DNA from: Octopus sinensis
Lineage: Eukaryota
Reading direction: 5' to 3'
Assembly: GCF_006345805.1 (NCBI RefSeq)
Contig: NC_043001.1
Span: forward strand, 6,386,001 to 6,450,000
Length of the DNA: 64,000 nt
Under the pieces are notes generated by a model. It was given only the letters and a program-made list of their open reading frames with translations. It did no database searches and was not told the DNA's origin. Shown here in pieces: positions 51,651 through 64,000 of the stretch (positions are counted from its first letter, which is position 1; each line of letters starts with the position of its first letter). The translations under genes were made by a program, and so were the position numbers.

Positions 51651-53282
51651 TAGATCTTGCGCACGAGTTGCTGACAAAAGGATATTTCTGTCAACACCTC
51701 AAATGTATAATTTCCCAATTTCCTCAATGTTGCGAGGGTAAAGTACAGCGAGCGCCTGTAATTTGCATGGTTATATTTAGATTACATTATTTTCAAACAA
51801 TATGCATTCCAGTCTGAAATCTATTTATACTCTTTGGTATTTAGAAAGAAAATGGTCAGCAACACTTTAGAAATTCGAAACAGTATTATTCAGAGTAATT
51901 ATTTATTTACTTCACAACGAAATAATTTGATAACGTCTGTGTAGTTTGTTGTTTTAATCATTTCTTTTAATTAGGATAAATGACTTGTTCAATTCTCGCT
52001 TAAACACAATGAGATCAAAGCACGCGAGGAAGATAATAGCGTTCAGCGAATACAAAACATTCTAGACTTAAAATTAAGTGACGGATCAGATCAAAGTTAA
52101 ACTAGATGAATGTAGGAAAGCAGAAAGCCTTTACAAGTAAGTGGATCAAAGGAATGGGAGATTTAGTATTTCGGAGGATCAATGGAAATTTAACATAAGC
52201 AGGAGAGCTACTTAAACAACAACAACAACTATTGTCCCAAATGCTATCTACGAAAATTTATATAAATCGCAAAACTAACAGTATTAAAACTGCTTTTTTA
52301 ATTCGCACATCTCTTAGATCAATTATTTTACATTTCGTTCTTAGACAACATTGTCAATGTTATTGTATTTTTTCTTCTTATTTCTTTTCTCTTCTCATTC
52401 TTTGCTTGTTAAACAAGAAAATCCAATTGATAATAGTTTGTGAAAAAAAAAACGATGAGCGAGATTCAGCATTTCTGACAGTTTGCCCCTCTCATCCTAC
52501 ATTGTTTGCACAAATATGTTCTGTTCACAGGTGCAAAGCAACTCTCTCACACACTCTTCATTTTCCTCATATATCCTGCAGGTATTTGTGTTTTTTTATT
52601 CCGCCATGATTGACAACATCGGTGGAAGTTTCATTGTAGTCAATACACGCCTAAGTTATTCCACTGAAAGTAGTTGTCAAGTGTAATATGCAGACACATC
52701 ATTAACATGTGATAGACAAACAATGGAATCAGAGAAAATAGCTTTTTAACTTTCGACAACAGGCGTTTTCGAATCGATTGCAAGGAAATTCTTTACGATG
52801 TTTACATCCTTATTGTAACAGAAGCTCTTGAAGTCAAATAGATGCGCTTGCCTTTGATAAAATATTTGTTGAATTTTTGTTGAGATTTGTTGTTTAGTCT
52901 ATCAGTAATCACTCGGCACGTCTGTTTCATTGTTTAATTACTTTTACTCCGTTTATTTGCTATCGTTTCTTTTGTATACGCACACACACACACACACACG
53001 CACAGACAGAAATATGCGTTGCGCTCATTATATTTATTTTTCCCAATTATTTTAAATTGATAATGGTGAGTACGGACATATATATATATATACATTAGCT
53101 GATACACGCAAGGAACATGAAGTCTCCGAGGAACACGGAAGCAACTGGGAGTGGTTAGCTTGAAGATCTAACGGAATCACCACTCCTACACCCGAATTAC
53201 ATTTACAGGTATGAAACCATATATTTAAGCGTGCGTGTGTATATATATATATATATACACACACACACATATATATATATAT

Positions 53283-53316
<34 letters not shown>

Positions 53317-53794
53317 TATGTATATATATACATACACACACAAACACACACACACACATATATACGTACACACTCACATATATCAATGTATATATATACA
53401 TATGTACACATACATGTGTATGTGGCATAATAGCTATAATAGGACTGCGAGTGTGGTTGCATGTGCTTATCTGTGTGTGTGTGTGCGTACGCGTGTGTGT
53501 GTGTGTGCATGCGTGTCCACGTGATCATACGTGAACGTTCACATATGAAAACAGAGAGAGAAATAGAGACAAAGAGGCAGACTTCTTTCGTCTTTCGAAT
53601 GTCTGTAAAACAGAGATGCGGGTGTGCAGACGTTGAGATGCGCAGCTGACGAGACGCGCGTGTAAAAGGGAACACTGCTGATTAAAATAAAAAAATGAAA
53701 AAAACACCGAGGGTGGAAATGGGAGGGTGAAATATCAAGCGTTTGATTACTGTGCGAATATTTAAGAAGCGTTTCGGCCTCCTTAACAGTTCTG

Positions 53795-53965
53795 TATTCT
53801 TTTATTCTTTTATTCGTTTATTCTCTTCCTTGTTTAAGACATTTGGCTGTGGCCATGCTGTAGCACCCCCTTTAGTCGAGCAAATCGACACCAGGACTTA
53901 TTATTTGTAAGCCCGGTACTTATTCTATATATACGACGGGCTTCTTTCAGTTTCTGTCTACCATA
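53795..53965 (-). mobile_element. SINE family B, internally deleted
   Basis: ggccatgctgtagcaccccctttagtcgagcaaatcgac...acgacgggcttctttcagtttc. Confidence 0.8.
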
Positions 53966-54023
53966 TCCACACACCCAGGTTATACAAACATACATACTTA
54001 CATTCATGCATATATATATATAT

Positions 54024-54055
<32 letters not shown>

Positions 54056-54068
54056 TATAGATAGATAA

Positions 54069-54174
<106 letters not shown>

Positions 54175-54197
54175 TATACATATATACATATATACAT

Positions 54198-54388
54198 AAA
54201 GGGAAAGTTTACGAAAGTAAACAAAAGACGAAGGCAGGTGGAGTACAAACAAACAAATGTATTAGTATAGCGCTCAGAAATAGAAAAATTATTTTACGTT
54301 TCGAGCCTGCGCTCTTCAACAGAAAGATACACGGAAAAAAACAAGGAGAGAAAAATGCGTGTAGGAGCTAACGATCTATCATGGCGTC
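54198..54388 (-). mobile_element. H2 family copy
   Basis: Minus strand tcttt-CTGTTGA-a-GAGC-gcag-GCTC-GAAA-CG-TA-aaa at 54292-54327. Confidence 0.72.
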
Positions 54389-55032
54389 CTGATATATACA
54401 TACATATATATACGCAAACAAACACACACACATATATATATATACCTATTTATGTGTGTTGGTATGTATTTATCAAGGTTTCCTTCAGTTCCCATCTACC
54501 AAATCCACTCCTAATACTTCATTCGGCTGAGGTGCCCCAACGCGTTGCCTCGCAGTGGGATTGAAGCACAAACAATGTGATCGGTAAGCAAGCTTCACAC
54601 TACACACCCACGCCTCCGTACGTGTCTGTACTTTGTTGTCTAATGTACCATGCAACTGTTATAACAGCAATTATAATGCGCAGTTTTCAGCAGCCTATTT
54701 AAGTATATCTACAGTATTCCGAGATCTCGGTTCTTACTCCTTTCCTGTATCCTTTATTTAATTACCTCATTGGACTCCGGCAATGCTGGGACACCACCCT
54801 GGACCGTTCGTCGGGAACAAATCGATCCAGCACTTATTGTATCGATGATTTATCTAAACACTATGTTAGAAGGAAAAACAAACCAGTATAATAAGATACA
54901 CGTACATATACGATGGACTTCCTCACAGTTTCCTTACAGTAAAATAACTCAGAATGCAGTGGTAAGTCCTGGTGTATATAAATAAAAGACATTTTCACAA
55001 AATGCCGCGCAGTGAGATTGATCAGGAAACCA

Positions 55033-55488
55033 AGAGTTTGCTAATATGTTGTTAAAGTTTTCAGCCATCTTTTTCCTTATTCCTGTCAGATATTTTAACC
55101 AGAAGTTGGGGATCTTGTCATGCCCAGGTGCCTTCCAGTTGCTTAGTCTTTGCAGTGCCTGGGTGACCTCTTCAGTTGTTATAGGGGTCCAGAGTTGCCC
55201 AAGTGCTAAATTCGTAGTTTTAATAGTCCTATTCTGAGGATGTTCATTCGCCGACCATATTCCTTTCCAGAATTCTTCCACTTCTTCTGCCGTTAGTGCT
55301 GCAGTGATGTCTATTTTATTTTTGCCAAGTTCTTGGTAGAACTTGTTGGGGTTGGAGTTGAACTGTTTGTTTTGTTCAAAGAAACGTTGGCGTTTCTCGT
55401 ATCGGCAGATCCTTTGTGCTTTGACAAGGATATCTTGCTTTAGCTTTTCTTTTACCTCAGGTAAATCTGTTTCTGTAATGTTGTATTC
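55033..55488 (-). pseudogene. R4/Dong-type LINE ORF fragment upstream of the RT domain
   Basis: EKLKQDILVKAQRICRYEKRQRFFEQNKQFNSNPNKFYQEL...EEFWKGIWS...ITTEEVTQALQRLSNWKAPGHDKIPNFWLKYL. Confidence 0.88.
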
Positions 55489-55499
55489 TTCTTCTTCTT

Positions 55500-55605
55500 A
55501 CTATTATTATTATTAATATTATTATTATTCAGGTCATTGCCTGGAATTGAACTCGGAATCTTTGGGTTAGTATCCCGCGCTCTTAACCATTACGCCATAT
55601 GCCCG
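55500..55605 (-). mobile_element. H1 SINE 5' half (tRNA head and (AAT)n)
   Basis: Minus strand gggcatatggcgtaatggttaagagcgcgggatactaacccaaagattccgagttcaattccaggcaatgacctgaataataat. Confidence 0.82.
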
Positions 55606-56039
55606 TAGTAAGTCCCAATCAAGTATTTGGGGGATGTAATCAACTCACCCGAATTTGCTGGCCTCGTGCCAAAATTTGAAACCGATATTGTTAACGTAAT
55701 TAATTTGGAAAATATCTTTTTGGCCTAATAATTTTGTGTTATAAACCTTCCATCTGAATTTAGTTTTGGTTTATGTCAAATAAAACGTTCATATTATGTC
55801 TTCAATCTTACGGTAGATTCCAATCGAATCATCGACGATATGACACATCTATTGGAACGCATACTGTAGAGTTATCAATAACTTCCTTATAAATATGCTT
55901 CCGTTGCATATTTATAAGGAAGTTATGTTCGTAACCATGGCTACAGTTTTGTGTTTCTCCGCTTCGGAACGCTGCGTAGAAATTCAATTCTGAATGATGG
56001 ATTAATTTTGTTTTCCTTTTATTTTTTTCATTTGTTAGC

Positions 56040-56850
56040 TGTGCAATAAATATTTCATCTTTTACTTCTTTCAGGCAATAGCATGCGGCCAAGATGGAGC
56101 ATCGTTTTCAATGGTTTAATCAGACAAATCGGTACAAGTTCATACATTTTGCAGACCTGCAAAGTCACGGGAATGTAAACAAACCAACGCCAGATGTGAA
56201 GCAACTGAGAGCCAACAACAGACACCAGGATGCACACTCACATGCGTATACACGCACGCACGGACGCTGGAAAACGGCAGGTTTCATCCCTTCTCCGTCT
56301 ACCAAATCTATTCATTATTTATCGACAAGGGGAACTTCGAAGAAGGCGATTGCCGAAGGCGTTTCCCAGTAAGAGAGATCATAAAACCCCAACAACGACG
56401 TTCCTAAGTACATGGTTATTCCTCAGTTAAATCATGAACATGGTCAGATATACTGAGGACGAGTTCTATCATCGAAATTGAAGCAACTGCTTTAAATGTA
56501 TCACACTTAAACCAAATGATGAAATGACAATTTACATTTTGAAACAAACACACAAAAAGCAACGCAGAGATATTGCTAATTGCAAACCAATTTCTACGAC
56601 GCCCACAAAATTCAATAAATACATTAAAAAAAAACTTTTTACCTTTATACAGGTTTAAGTCATTGGACTACGGTCATGCTGGGGCACAGACTTGAAGAAT
56701 TGTTGTCAAATAAGCCAACGACGGCAGTTATACTTTAAGGCCAGGTAAATTATGCTAGCGGTTGTTTTTGCGGAATCACTAAATGAATGGAACGTAAATG
56801 CACCAACGCCGGCTTTCAAGTGGTGGGACGAGACAAACAAAGAGAGAAAT
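56040..56850 (-). mobile_element. Two highly degenerate family B SINE remnants (56040-56420 and 56640-56850)
   Basis: gcggccaagatggagcatcg, ccgtctaccaaatc, gtcattggactacggtcatgctggggcac. Confidence 0.55.
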
Positions 56851-56891
56851 AATTATGCACACACCCATATGTATATATATATATATATATC

Positions 56892-56924
<33 letters not shown>

Positions 56925-58363
56925 CCGTAATATATAGCGTATATATATATATATATAGCGTTGCTGTAATGTTAAACATTTGCATGTCCAAATTTGGTCA
57001 AATGCATTTGTTTTCAATATTTGATTGAAATAGTCGGTTATTTTCAAATTCAATATGGAGAATTGAAATCGACCGTTTTTCGATGGGTTATTAATACGTT
57101 TACAAATTAATTCATTGTTACTATGGTATTATTATATTTGAGGAAGGATTCTTGCTATATAGGTATAAAAGAGATCGTTCTTGAAATAGTTATGGATACA
57201 TGAATATGCATACATAAATAAATGTATAGATACTTATATGAATAGATTTATAAGTATAGAAATATATGTATGTATATATGTATGTATATAATATACGTAT
57301 GTATCTCTCTCTATATATAAACGGCAGTTTGTCTGTGCGTGCTTCTGTGTGTCTGTTTTCTCGTACCCTCACCCTGACCACGGCTTTCATTCAACAACCG
57401 ATTCTGATGAAACTTGACACACACATAGCCAATGTCATAATTCAAAACTAACGCAGCGAAAATTTTGAAAAGTTCCCCCAGTTCTAAAAAAATTGATAAA
57501 TTCGACATGGGGTCGAGAATCATTAACATGAACACAGACTGTCTAGGGGACCAACTCGAGAATCTAAGCTTTTTTTATGCAACGCCATTATCTATGGTAG
57601 TTTTCACAACTTGCAATCGATTTTCACCAAACTCATGGTGAAGCTTAATGTTACCCTAAGAAACTTAATTCTGACGTTAGTTTTCCATGCAATACCTTAC
57701 CATCAGAAACAATCGATAAATCATGCCATTTTTGGGAATCGCGTTCAAATTCAAGATGACATATTTTCGACAATATCTTTCACAAATTGGCAGGAATCTT
57801 TTTTTTTTTCACAACGAGCATCATGTCTGCTCCAAGGAGCTATATAGCCCTTTTTATTCCAATAGGATACATTATTGGAAAAAATCGGTTAATTTAATCA
57901 TATGTGGCACACATGCAAACAATTTGTGTATTAAACACAAACCAGACTGTCTAGGGACGCAACTTGACCTTTTTAGCTATCGATAGTTCGATCCAACCAA
58001 TTCCTACCAGGAAGAAATTACATTCGAGACTTTACCCCCAACAACCGCCACTTCTGCTAATAGCTGCTGCAGCCGCAAGTTATTCGAATACTTTTTTTTG
58101 TTTAAACTTTCTTTATAACTACCACCCCAAACACCACCCCACACGTTTTACCTTCATTTTTGACGTACCCTAACGGCCTCGGACGCTACTTGCAAACTCT
58201 TGGTTATTAGAAACCACTTTTGTCGTGTGCATCAAAAACTTTTCCTTTCGTTTGTTCATTTTGATCACTTTTGACTTTTTCGTTGTTGTCACTCACATTG
58301 CTGCCAGCTTTTTGGCCGTTTTTGTACATTTTTATACATTTTCTTATACTTACCCCACGAGCT

Positions 58364-58470
58364 CCTTTTTATTACACCTTTACCAAACACATTGCTATCC
58401 ACCAAAATACTTACCCCACGTGTTCCTTTTTATTACACCTTTGCCAAACACATTGCTATCCACCAAAATG
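58364..58470 (+). repeat. 60-bp-period tandem duplication in the Helitron 5' UTR
   Basis: tcctttttattacaccttt(a/g)ccaaacacattgctatccaccaaaat occurs twice. The second copy ends in the ATG at 58468. Confidence 0.85.
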
Positions 58471-61400
58471 CCACCCAAAAGAAGGACCCTCCTCAGCCCT
58501 CGGACGGCCAAGGCATCGGCTGCCAGGGCTAGAGGGCACGCGAGACCCACGAGGAAACCGCCTTGCGCCTCTCGCAAACAGCTTCCCGTTATGCCGCTGC
58601 TCAGGCATCTGAAACTACTAGCGACCGTTCTAACCCGACTTGCAAGGGTCGCAGCGTACAGATCTTCCCTCCGCTCGAGGTTGACGAAAGAGCAACAGTC
58701 CAGCCAAAACATGCGGGCTCTCTTACTGTGCTTCCATCCGCAGAGCTCGCGAGAACCCCGAACAAAGGGCCATTTGGAATGCGGCTAACGCACTAGCACC
58801 GCCAGGACACGATCTGTCGAAACATCACAGCAGAGGAGAACTCGCCAAGATGCTGACGCCGCAAACAAGCCATGGCCAAAGCTGCCGAAACACCTCAACA
58901 GAGGAGAGCTCGCCAAGCTGCTAACGCCGCAAACACAGCCAGGCTCGATCTGCCGAAAACTCCACACCAACGGACTATTCGGACATCCAGACATGCCATT
59001 ACACTGCTTCTGCTAGGGCTTCAGAGGGTGCTGAGGCGAGAGCTGAAAGGCTTTCAAGGGATGCCACTGCTGCTACCGCTGTCGCACGTGCATCTGAATC
59101 TGCTGAGGCACGGTGCACTCGACTTGAGAGTATCAACAAACGTCGGGATATCATTCGTGTGTACGTACCCCTGCCCCCGCTTTCTGGTTGTCACTAGCAT
59201 TCAACTACGACGCCACAATTAACTTCTCCTTGCGTGATACGACATCAGATAGGGTCAATGACATTTGTAATGCCAGTTTTGCAAAGCCAAAAATGGCCCG
59301 GAGAGCCACCTGGTTTGTGCTGCTCTGGTGGCAAAGTGGACCTGCCACCCCTACGGAACCACCTCAACCACTGAAGGATCTCGCGGCGGGTTTAACCCCG
59401 ATTCCTCACAATTCCTTGAAATAATTCGAAAGTACAACTGCTCATTCCAAATAACCTCTTTCGGGGCCAAAATTCCTCCCAGAGAAGGCTGGATGCCTAC
59501 TTTCAAAGTGCAGGGACAGGTCTACCATCTTACTGGGTCACTTCTGCCAGACGAGATTCAGCAGTCTTCTTTCCTCCAAATATACTTCATTGCCGACTAC
59601 AACCACCAGGTTGATGCACACCTTGGAATAATACCGGGTACAAGCTATGTTCCCCGCAAAGACATTCTTCTCCGTCTCCAAACATGCTTCATGATATCAA
59701 CACTACGTCTGCAGCTTCAGATATGCTTGGACAGTGCTCCATCTTCAAACTTCACCGTTGTCATTGATGCTGATAAACGACCCCACGGGAGCCAGAACGC
59801 CGTTTCAACGCACCTGCGTGCAACGAAATTGCCGCAGTCATACACGGAGAGCAACACAACAGCCGTGACATAATCATCTCCTCCCGTGGTAACAACCTAC
59901 ACAGGATCAGCGAGACTCACAGATCTTATGACGCGCTTCATATCCATTGCTTTTCCCTTATGGGAAGACGGCTACCACTTCGGAATTCCTTTACGGCAGC
60001 CCTCCAATCAAACTACTGCGGCATCAAAGACTGTTTCCTGCAGGGCGTTCTACTCATACCGGTTCATGGTCAGTGGAGGGTGAGTTCAACTTATTGCCCG
60101 TTTGTCGTCAGCTATTCACCAGTTCGCCGTCGACATGGCCGCAAAATGGAATCGGAAGGCTGCTATACATTAAACTTAATCAGACCAAACTTCGCTCCGA
60201 CTCCTACATTCATCTCCGTGACGGTTTTGCAACAAGAAAATGACCCTCGCAACATCGGCAAGCCATGCATTCTACCCTCCACCTTCACGGGAGGACCGCG
60301 ATATATGCGTGAAAGGACCCAAGACGCCTTGACCTACGTGCGCATTTACGCCGGCCGGACCTCTTTATCACCTACACGTGCAATCCCAGCTGCGACGAAA
60401 TCACTCGCGAACTCCTCCCGGGTCAATCTCTCACACACCCATCGACACGACATCGTTGCTAGGGTTTTCCGTCTGAATTTGGCAAAATGAAGGATTTGAT
60501 AGTTAAGGGTCAGATTTTCCGGGCATGTCAGGTGCCACATGTTTTCGGTCGAGTGGCAAAAGAGGGCTTGCCACATGCTCACATCTTAATTTGGCTCACT
60601 CATAAAATCAAGACTAATGACATTGACAAATTCATTTCCGCCGAGATTCCTGACCCCGATGAGGACCCCGACTCTACGAAATTGTCCGCACTACCATGGT
60701 AACACGGGCCCTGTGGACCAAATTACGCCAACACACCATGCTACAAAAACGGATTAGCCTGCTCAAAGGGATTCCCTAAACGGTTCACTTTGAGACTCAA
60801 ACAGGCGGCGATGGGTATCCGCTGTACAAACGAAGGAGTCCAGCCAATGGAGCCGCACGATTACGGTTGGGCGACATCAAGTGGACAACAGCTATATTGT
60901 CCCCTACTGTCCTCTCCTGTCGAAGATATTCAAAGCCCACGTCAACGTTGAGTTCTGCAGCTCCATCAGGTCAATACAATATGTCTGCAAATAATATCAA
61001 CAAAGGCAGCGATGCTGCCATGTTTCGCATCCAGAGGACCACCAGTCGCGACGAAGTGTCCAACTACTTGGCTGGCCGGTACCTCAGCAGCAACGAAGCG
61101 TCTTGGCGCATTTACGGCTTCCCGCTCCATCAGAGAAACACCCGGCTGTGGTGCAGCTTGCTGTACACTTGGAAAATGGACAGCGGATTTACTTCACAGA
61201 GCAAATAGCCACCAGCCCTAAAGACACAACGTTGACTGGTTTCTTCAAATTATGCCAACGTGATGACTTCGCTCCGAAGCGCTTTTGTACCCACAGGTCC
61301 CATCGTACTTCGTGTGGTCTAAAACACCTGGGTTCGACGGAAATCCGGCAAAAACGTCGAAAGCCTCCCAGGCGTCAAGTTTCACTCCTGCCTGGTCGAG

Positions 61401-62205
61401 TTTACAACATCCCGCCAAACCAGCAAGAATGCTTCTAACTCCGTCTCCTTCTACATGAGGTCACTGGTCCAACAGGTTTCGCCAATACGTACCGTCAATG
61501 GGGTTCTGTGCGACACCTTCAGGGAAGCATGTATGAGACTTGGCCTTCTAGAGGATGACTCCTCCCAGTCATCACAATTTACGCGAAACCTGATATGGCT
61601 GGCAGCAGAGCTATTCTCGCACACCAAAAATACAACCGTCACTCCATCAATATCCAGCTACTTGAAGCTATTCCTGGTGATGTCCACGTCTACAAATCTA
61701 TAGATAGGACAGCAGACCCCGCCCAGCTTGCCGATTATCCTGTTGGATTCCTGAATTCACTTGAACCGCCAGGCCTGCCACCACACATCCTGAAGTTAAA
61801 AGTCGTGCGCCCATTATGCTCATCATGAATTTGGTTCCACCTAAACAGTGCAGCGGCACACGTTTGGTTGTGAACATTTGGCACCACATTTAATAACGGC
61901 CACAATACTTACCCGGTTGTGGGAGGGAGAGGACGTCTTCATTCCACGGATGCACCTTCAACCGTCGGGCCTGACCTACCAATCCAATTCAGGCGTTCTC
62001 ATTTCCTGTTAACTCTGCTTCGCAATGTCCATCAATAATCCCAAGGCCAACGCTACAAGTCGCTGGGTTACATTTGGCGAACAGTGCTTCGCCCACGGTC
62101 AACTCTACGTGGCTGTTCACGCGTTGGGAGGCGCAATGATGTTTTTCATGTTTTCGCCCAAAACGGACAGCTAGGAACATCGTATATACAGAAGTATTCC
62201 AGTGA
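58468..62205 (+). pseudogene. Helitron Rep/helicase (RepHel), multiply frameshifted, helicase N-terminal half deleted
   Basis: Start MPPKRR; ETxQQRRxRQ repeats; CQFCKA/KWPGEPPGLCCSGGKV; TFKVQGQVYH; ILPSTFTGGPRYM; Rep motif 1 PDLFITYTCNP (about 60355); motif 2 VEWQK/GLPHAHILIW (about 60547-60594); motif 3 YVCK/INKG (about 60980); Pif1-like LNSLEPPGLPPHILKLK, CFAMSIN/QGQ, HGQLYVA; end NIVYTEVFQ*. Confidence 0.93.
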
Positions 62206-62324
62206 AGACAAGACATTGCAACGTCCACATGCACCTTCGTTCCCTGGAGGGAAAGGACTACATTGGGATTAGTCGTTGCCTACTGGGGCTCTTACATACC
62301 CGGCAACAGCTGGCTATGCTGCTA

Positions 62325-62363
<39 letters not shown>

Positions 62364-63103
62364 TATATATATATACATATATATATGTATATATATATAT
62401 TATGTATATATATATTATGTATATATATATATATATATACATAATATATATATACACAATTATATATAATATATTTATATATTATATACATATATTAATA
62501 TGTAATATATATATATATATATATATACACTCCCCCGCACACTCATATCTTTTAATTCGTAAGGTAACATTTGGGGTATACAAATAAAATTCCTAATGAG
62601 GGATAAGTATGATAATAAGAATAAATCTACCGTGGAATTTATAAACATTCAATGCATCGCAACGCGCCTTTCCACAAATAACATGACTTTAACGTCAGAT
62701 CCCGTACCCAACAGAAAAGTCCGTATCATCCGTGGGCGTCCGAATGTACTTGGTGGGAGTAGACAACGGAATGATAGTAACGTGGGAATGGAGTTCTGTG
62801 TGATAGTGTTTGATTTATTTGCTATTCGTTCTGCAGATTTTAAGGATAAACATTCAATCAGCCCTGTTCTGTTTCATTCAAGGCGTGACACTCGATAAAT
62901 TCTGAACCCAACTGGTGGTCAGCTGCTATACAATGGGGTTTATTGACCGAATTGATTAATACAACCTTCTCACGGTGTTTTGCTGTTTTTGTTGGTCTGA
63001 TATGTATCATCTTCAACATTTGTATGTTCGTGTATCTGTTTGGGCTCCATCGCTGTTCTATAATTGGTTACTTCGTTTCAAAATATTTACAAATATATGA
63101 GCG

Positions 63104-63291
63104 CAGGAATGGTTGTGTGGTAAGTAGCTGGCTTACAATCCAAGTGGTTCTGTGTTCAATCTCACTGCGTAACACTTTGGGCAGTTGCCGTCTACTATAG
63201 CCTCGGGCCGACCAAAGACTTGGGAGTAGATTTGGTAGACGAAAACTGAAAAAAGGCTGTCGAATATATACATACATATATATATATATAT

Positions 63292-63328
<37 letters not shown>

Positions 63329-63532
63329 TGTGTCTGTTTGTCCACCCAACATCGATTGACAACCGATGCTGGTGCGTTTATGTCCCTTTAAATTAGCGGT
63401 TCGGCAAAGAGACCGATAGAATAAGTACACGGCTTACAAAGATTAAATCGTGGGGTCGATTTGCTAAACTAAAGACGGTGCTCCAGCATGGCAGCAGTCA
63501 AATGACTGGAACAAGAAAAATAGTAAAAGAGT
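63104..63532 (+). mobile_element. SINE family B, full length
   Basis: caggaatggttgtgtggtaagtagctggcttac...ctatagcctcgggccgaccaaag...ggtgctccagcatggcagcagtcaaatgactg...aaaagagta. Confidence 0.9.
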
Positions 63533-63737
63533 ATATGTGTGTGTATGTGCTTGTGTGTGTGTATAGAAATAAAGACATATATATATATGTGTGAATGTGT
63601 ATGTATATATATATATATATATGACGGAGTAAACACATAAATGAGAAACAAGGTGGAAAAAAGAGTACTCAAATAACAGAGTTAAGTAATATGCTTTATT
63701 TAAAACCATCAGAAATTTAACAAAAGCTGTCAATCGG

Positions 63738-63789
<52 letters not shown>

Positions 63790-63847
63790 TTATTTATTTA
63801 TTTATTTTATTTTATCTAGTCAGCTCACGAGCTGTGGCCATGCTGGG

Positions 63848-63903
<56 letters not shown>

Positions 63904-63941
63904 TTATATCTATATATATCTATATATATATATATATATAA

Positions 63942-63990
<49 letters not shown>

Positions 63991-64000
63991 GTATATGTAT

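Larger units (their letters stand above)
57304..62325 (+). mobile_element. Helitron (rolling-circle transposon), about 5.0 kb, both termini present
   Basis: 5' end A|TCtctctctatatataaacggc. 3' hairpin catacccggc-aaca-gctggctatg (62295-62318), then CTAG|T at 62322-62325. No TSD. RepHel coding remnants inside. Confidence 0.9.

Noticed and set aside
53640-53685. cagCTGACGAgacgcgcg as a hammerhead; the surrounding CpG/E-box-rich stretch as a promoter
   Set aside because: No GAAA box, and a promoter cannot be supported from sequence alone.
57400-57420. ttCTGATGAaacttg as a hammerhead core
   Set aside because: Part of the ccgatt...atgaaacttg motif in the Helitron 5' region; no stems.
62596-62898. 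100-aa ATG ORF downstream of the Helitron
   Set aside because: No recognisable motif or splice context; it lies outside the CTAG terminus, so it is not a captured gene.

Overview
AT-rich, microsatellite-saturated animal genomic DNA, most likely intronic or intergenic. The repeat families look like those of Octopus; this is an inference from repeat content. I recognise no intact host protein-coding gene, and nearly all ORFs in the supplied track are translations of microsatellites or SINEs. The window holds: (1) about 35 copies or fragments of several tRNA-derived SINE families; (2) fragments of R4/Dong-type LINEs (restriction-like endonuclease) sitting in (AAT)n tracts; (3) an RTE LINE 3' end; (4) a Tc1/mariner-superfamily transposase relic; (5) Penelope-like element (PLE) GIY-YIG fragments; (6) a ~5.0 kb Helitron with both termini intact, a frameshifted RepHel ORF and an internal helicase deletion. 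The most interesting signal is a set of minimal, PLE-type hammerhead ribozyme motifs carried by at least three short repeat families. One family has the layout tRNA head - (AAT)n - hammerhead - tail, with PLE-style inverted 5' arms, which makes it a candidate Pol III-driven, Penelope-mobilised SINE. Another family has an atypical CUGU(A/U)GA core. A ~200 bp foldback and several same-strand (minus) splice-site pairs, including a 21-nt microexon candidate, are also noted. All translations and alignments were done by eye, and boundaries of old repeats are approximate.
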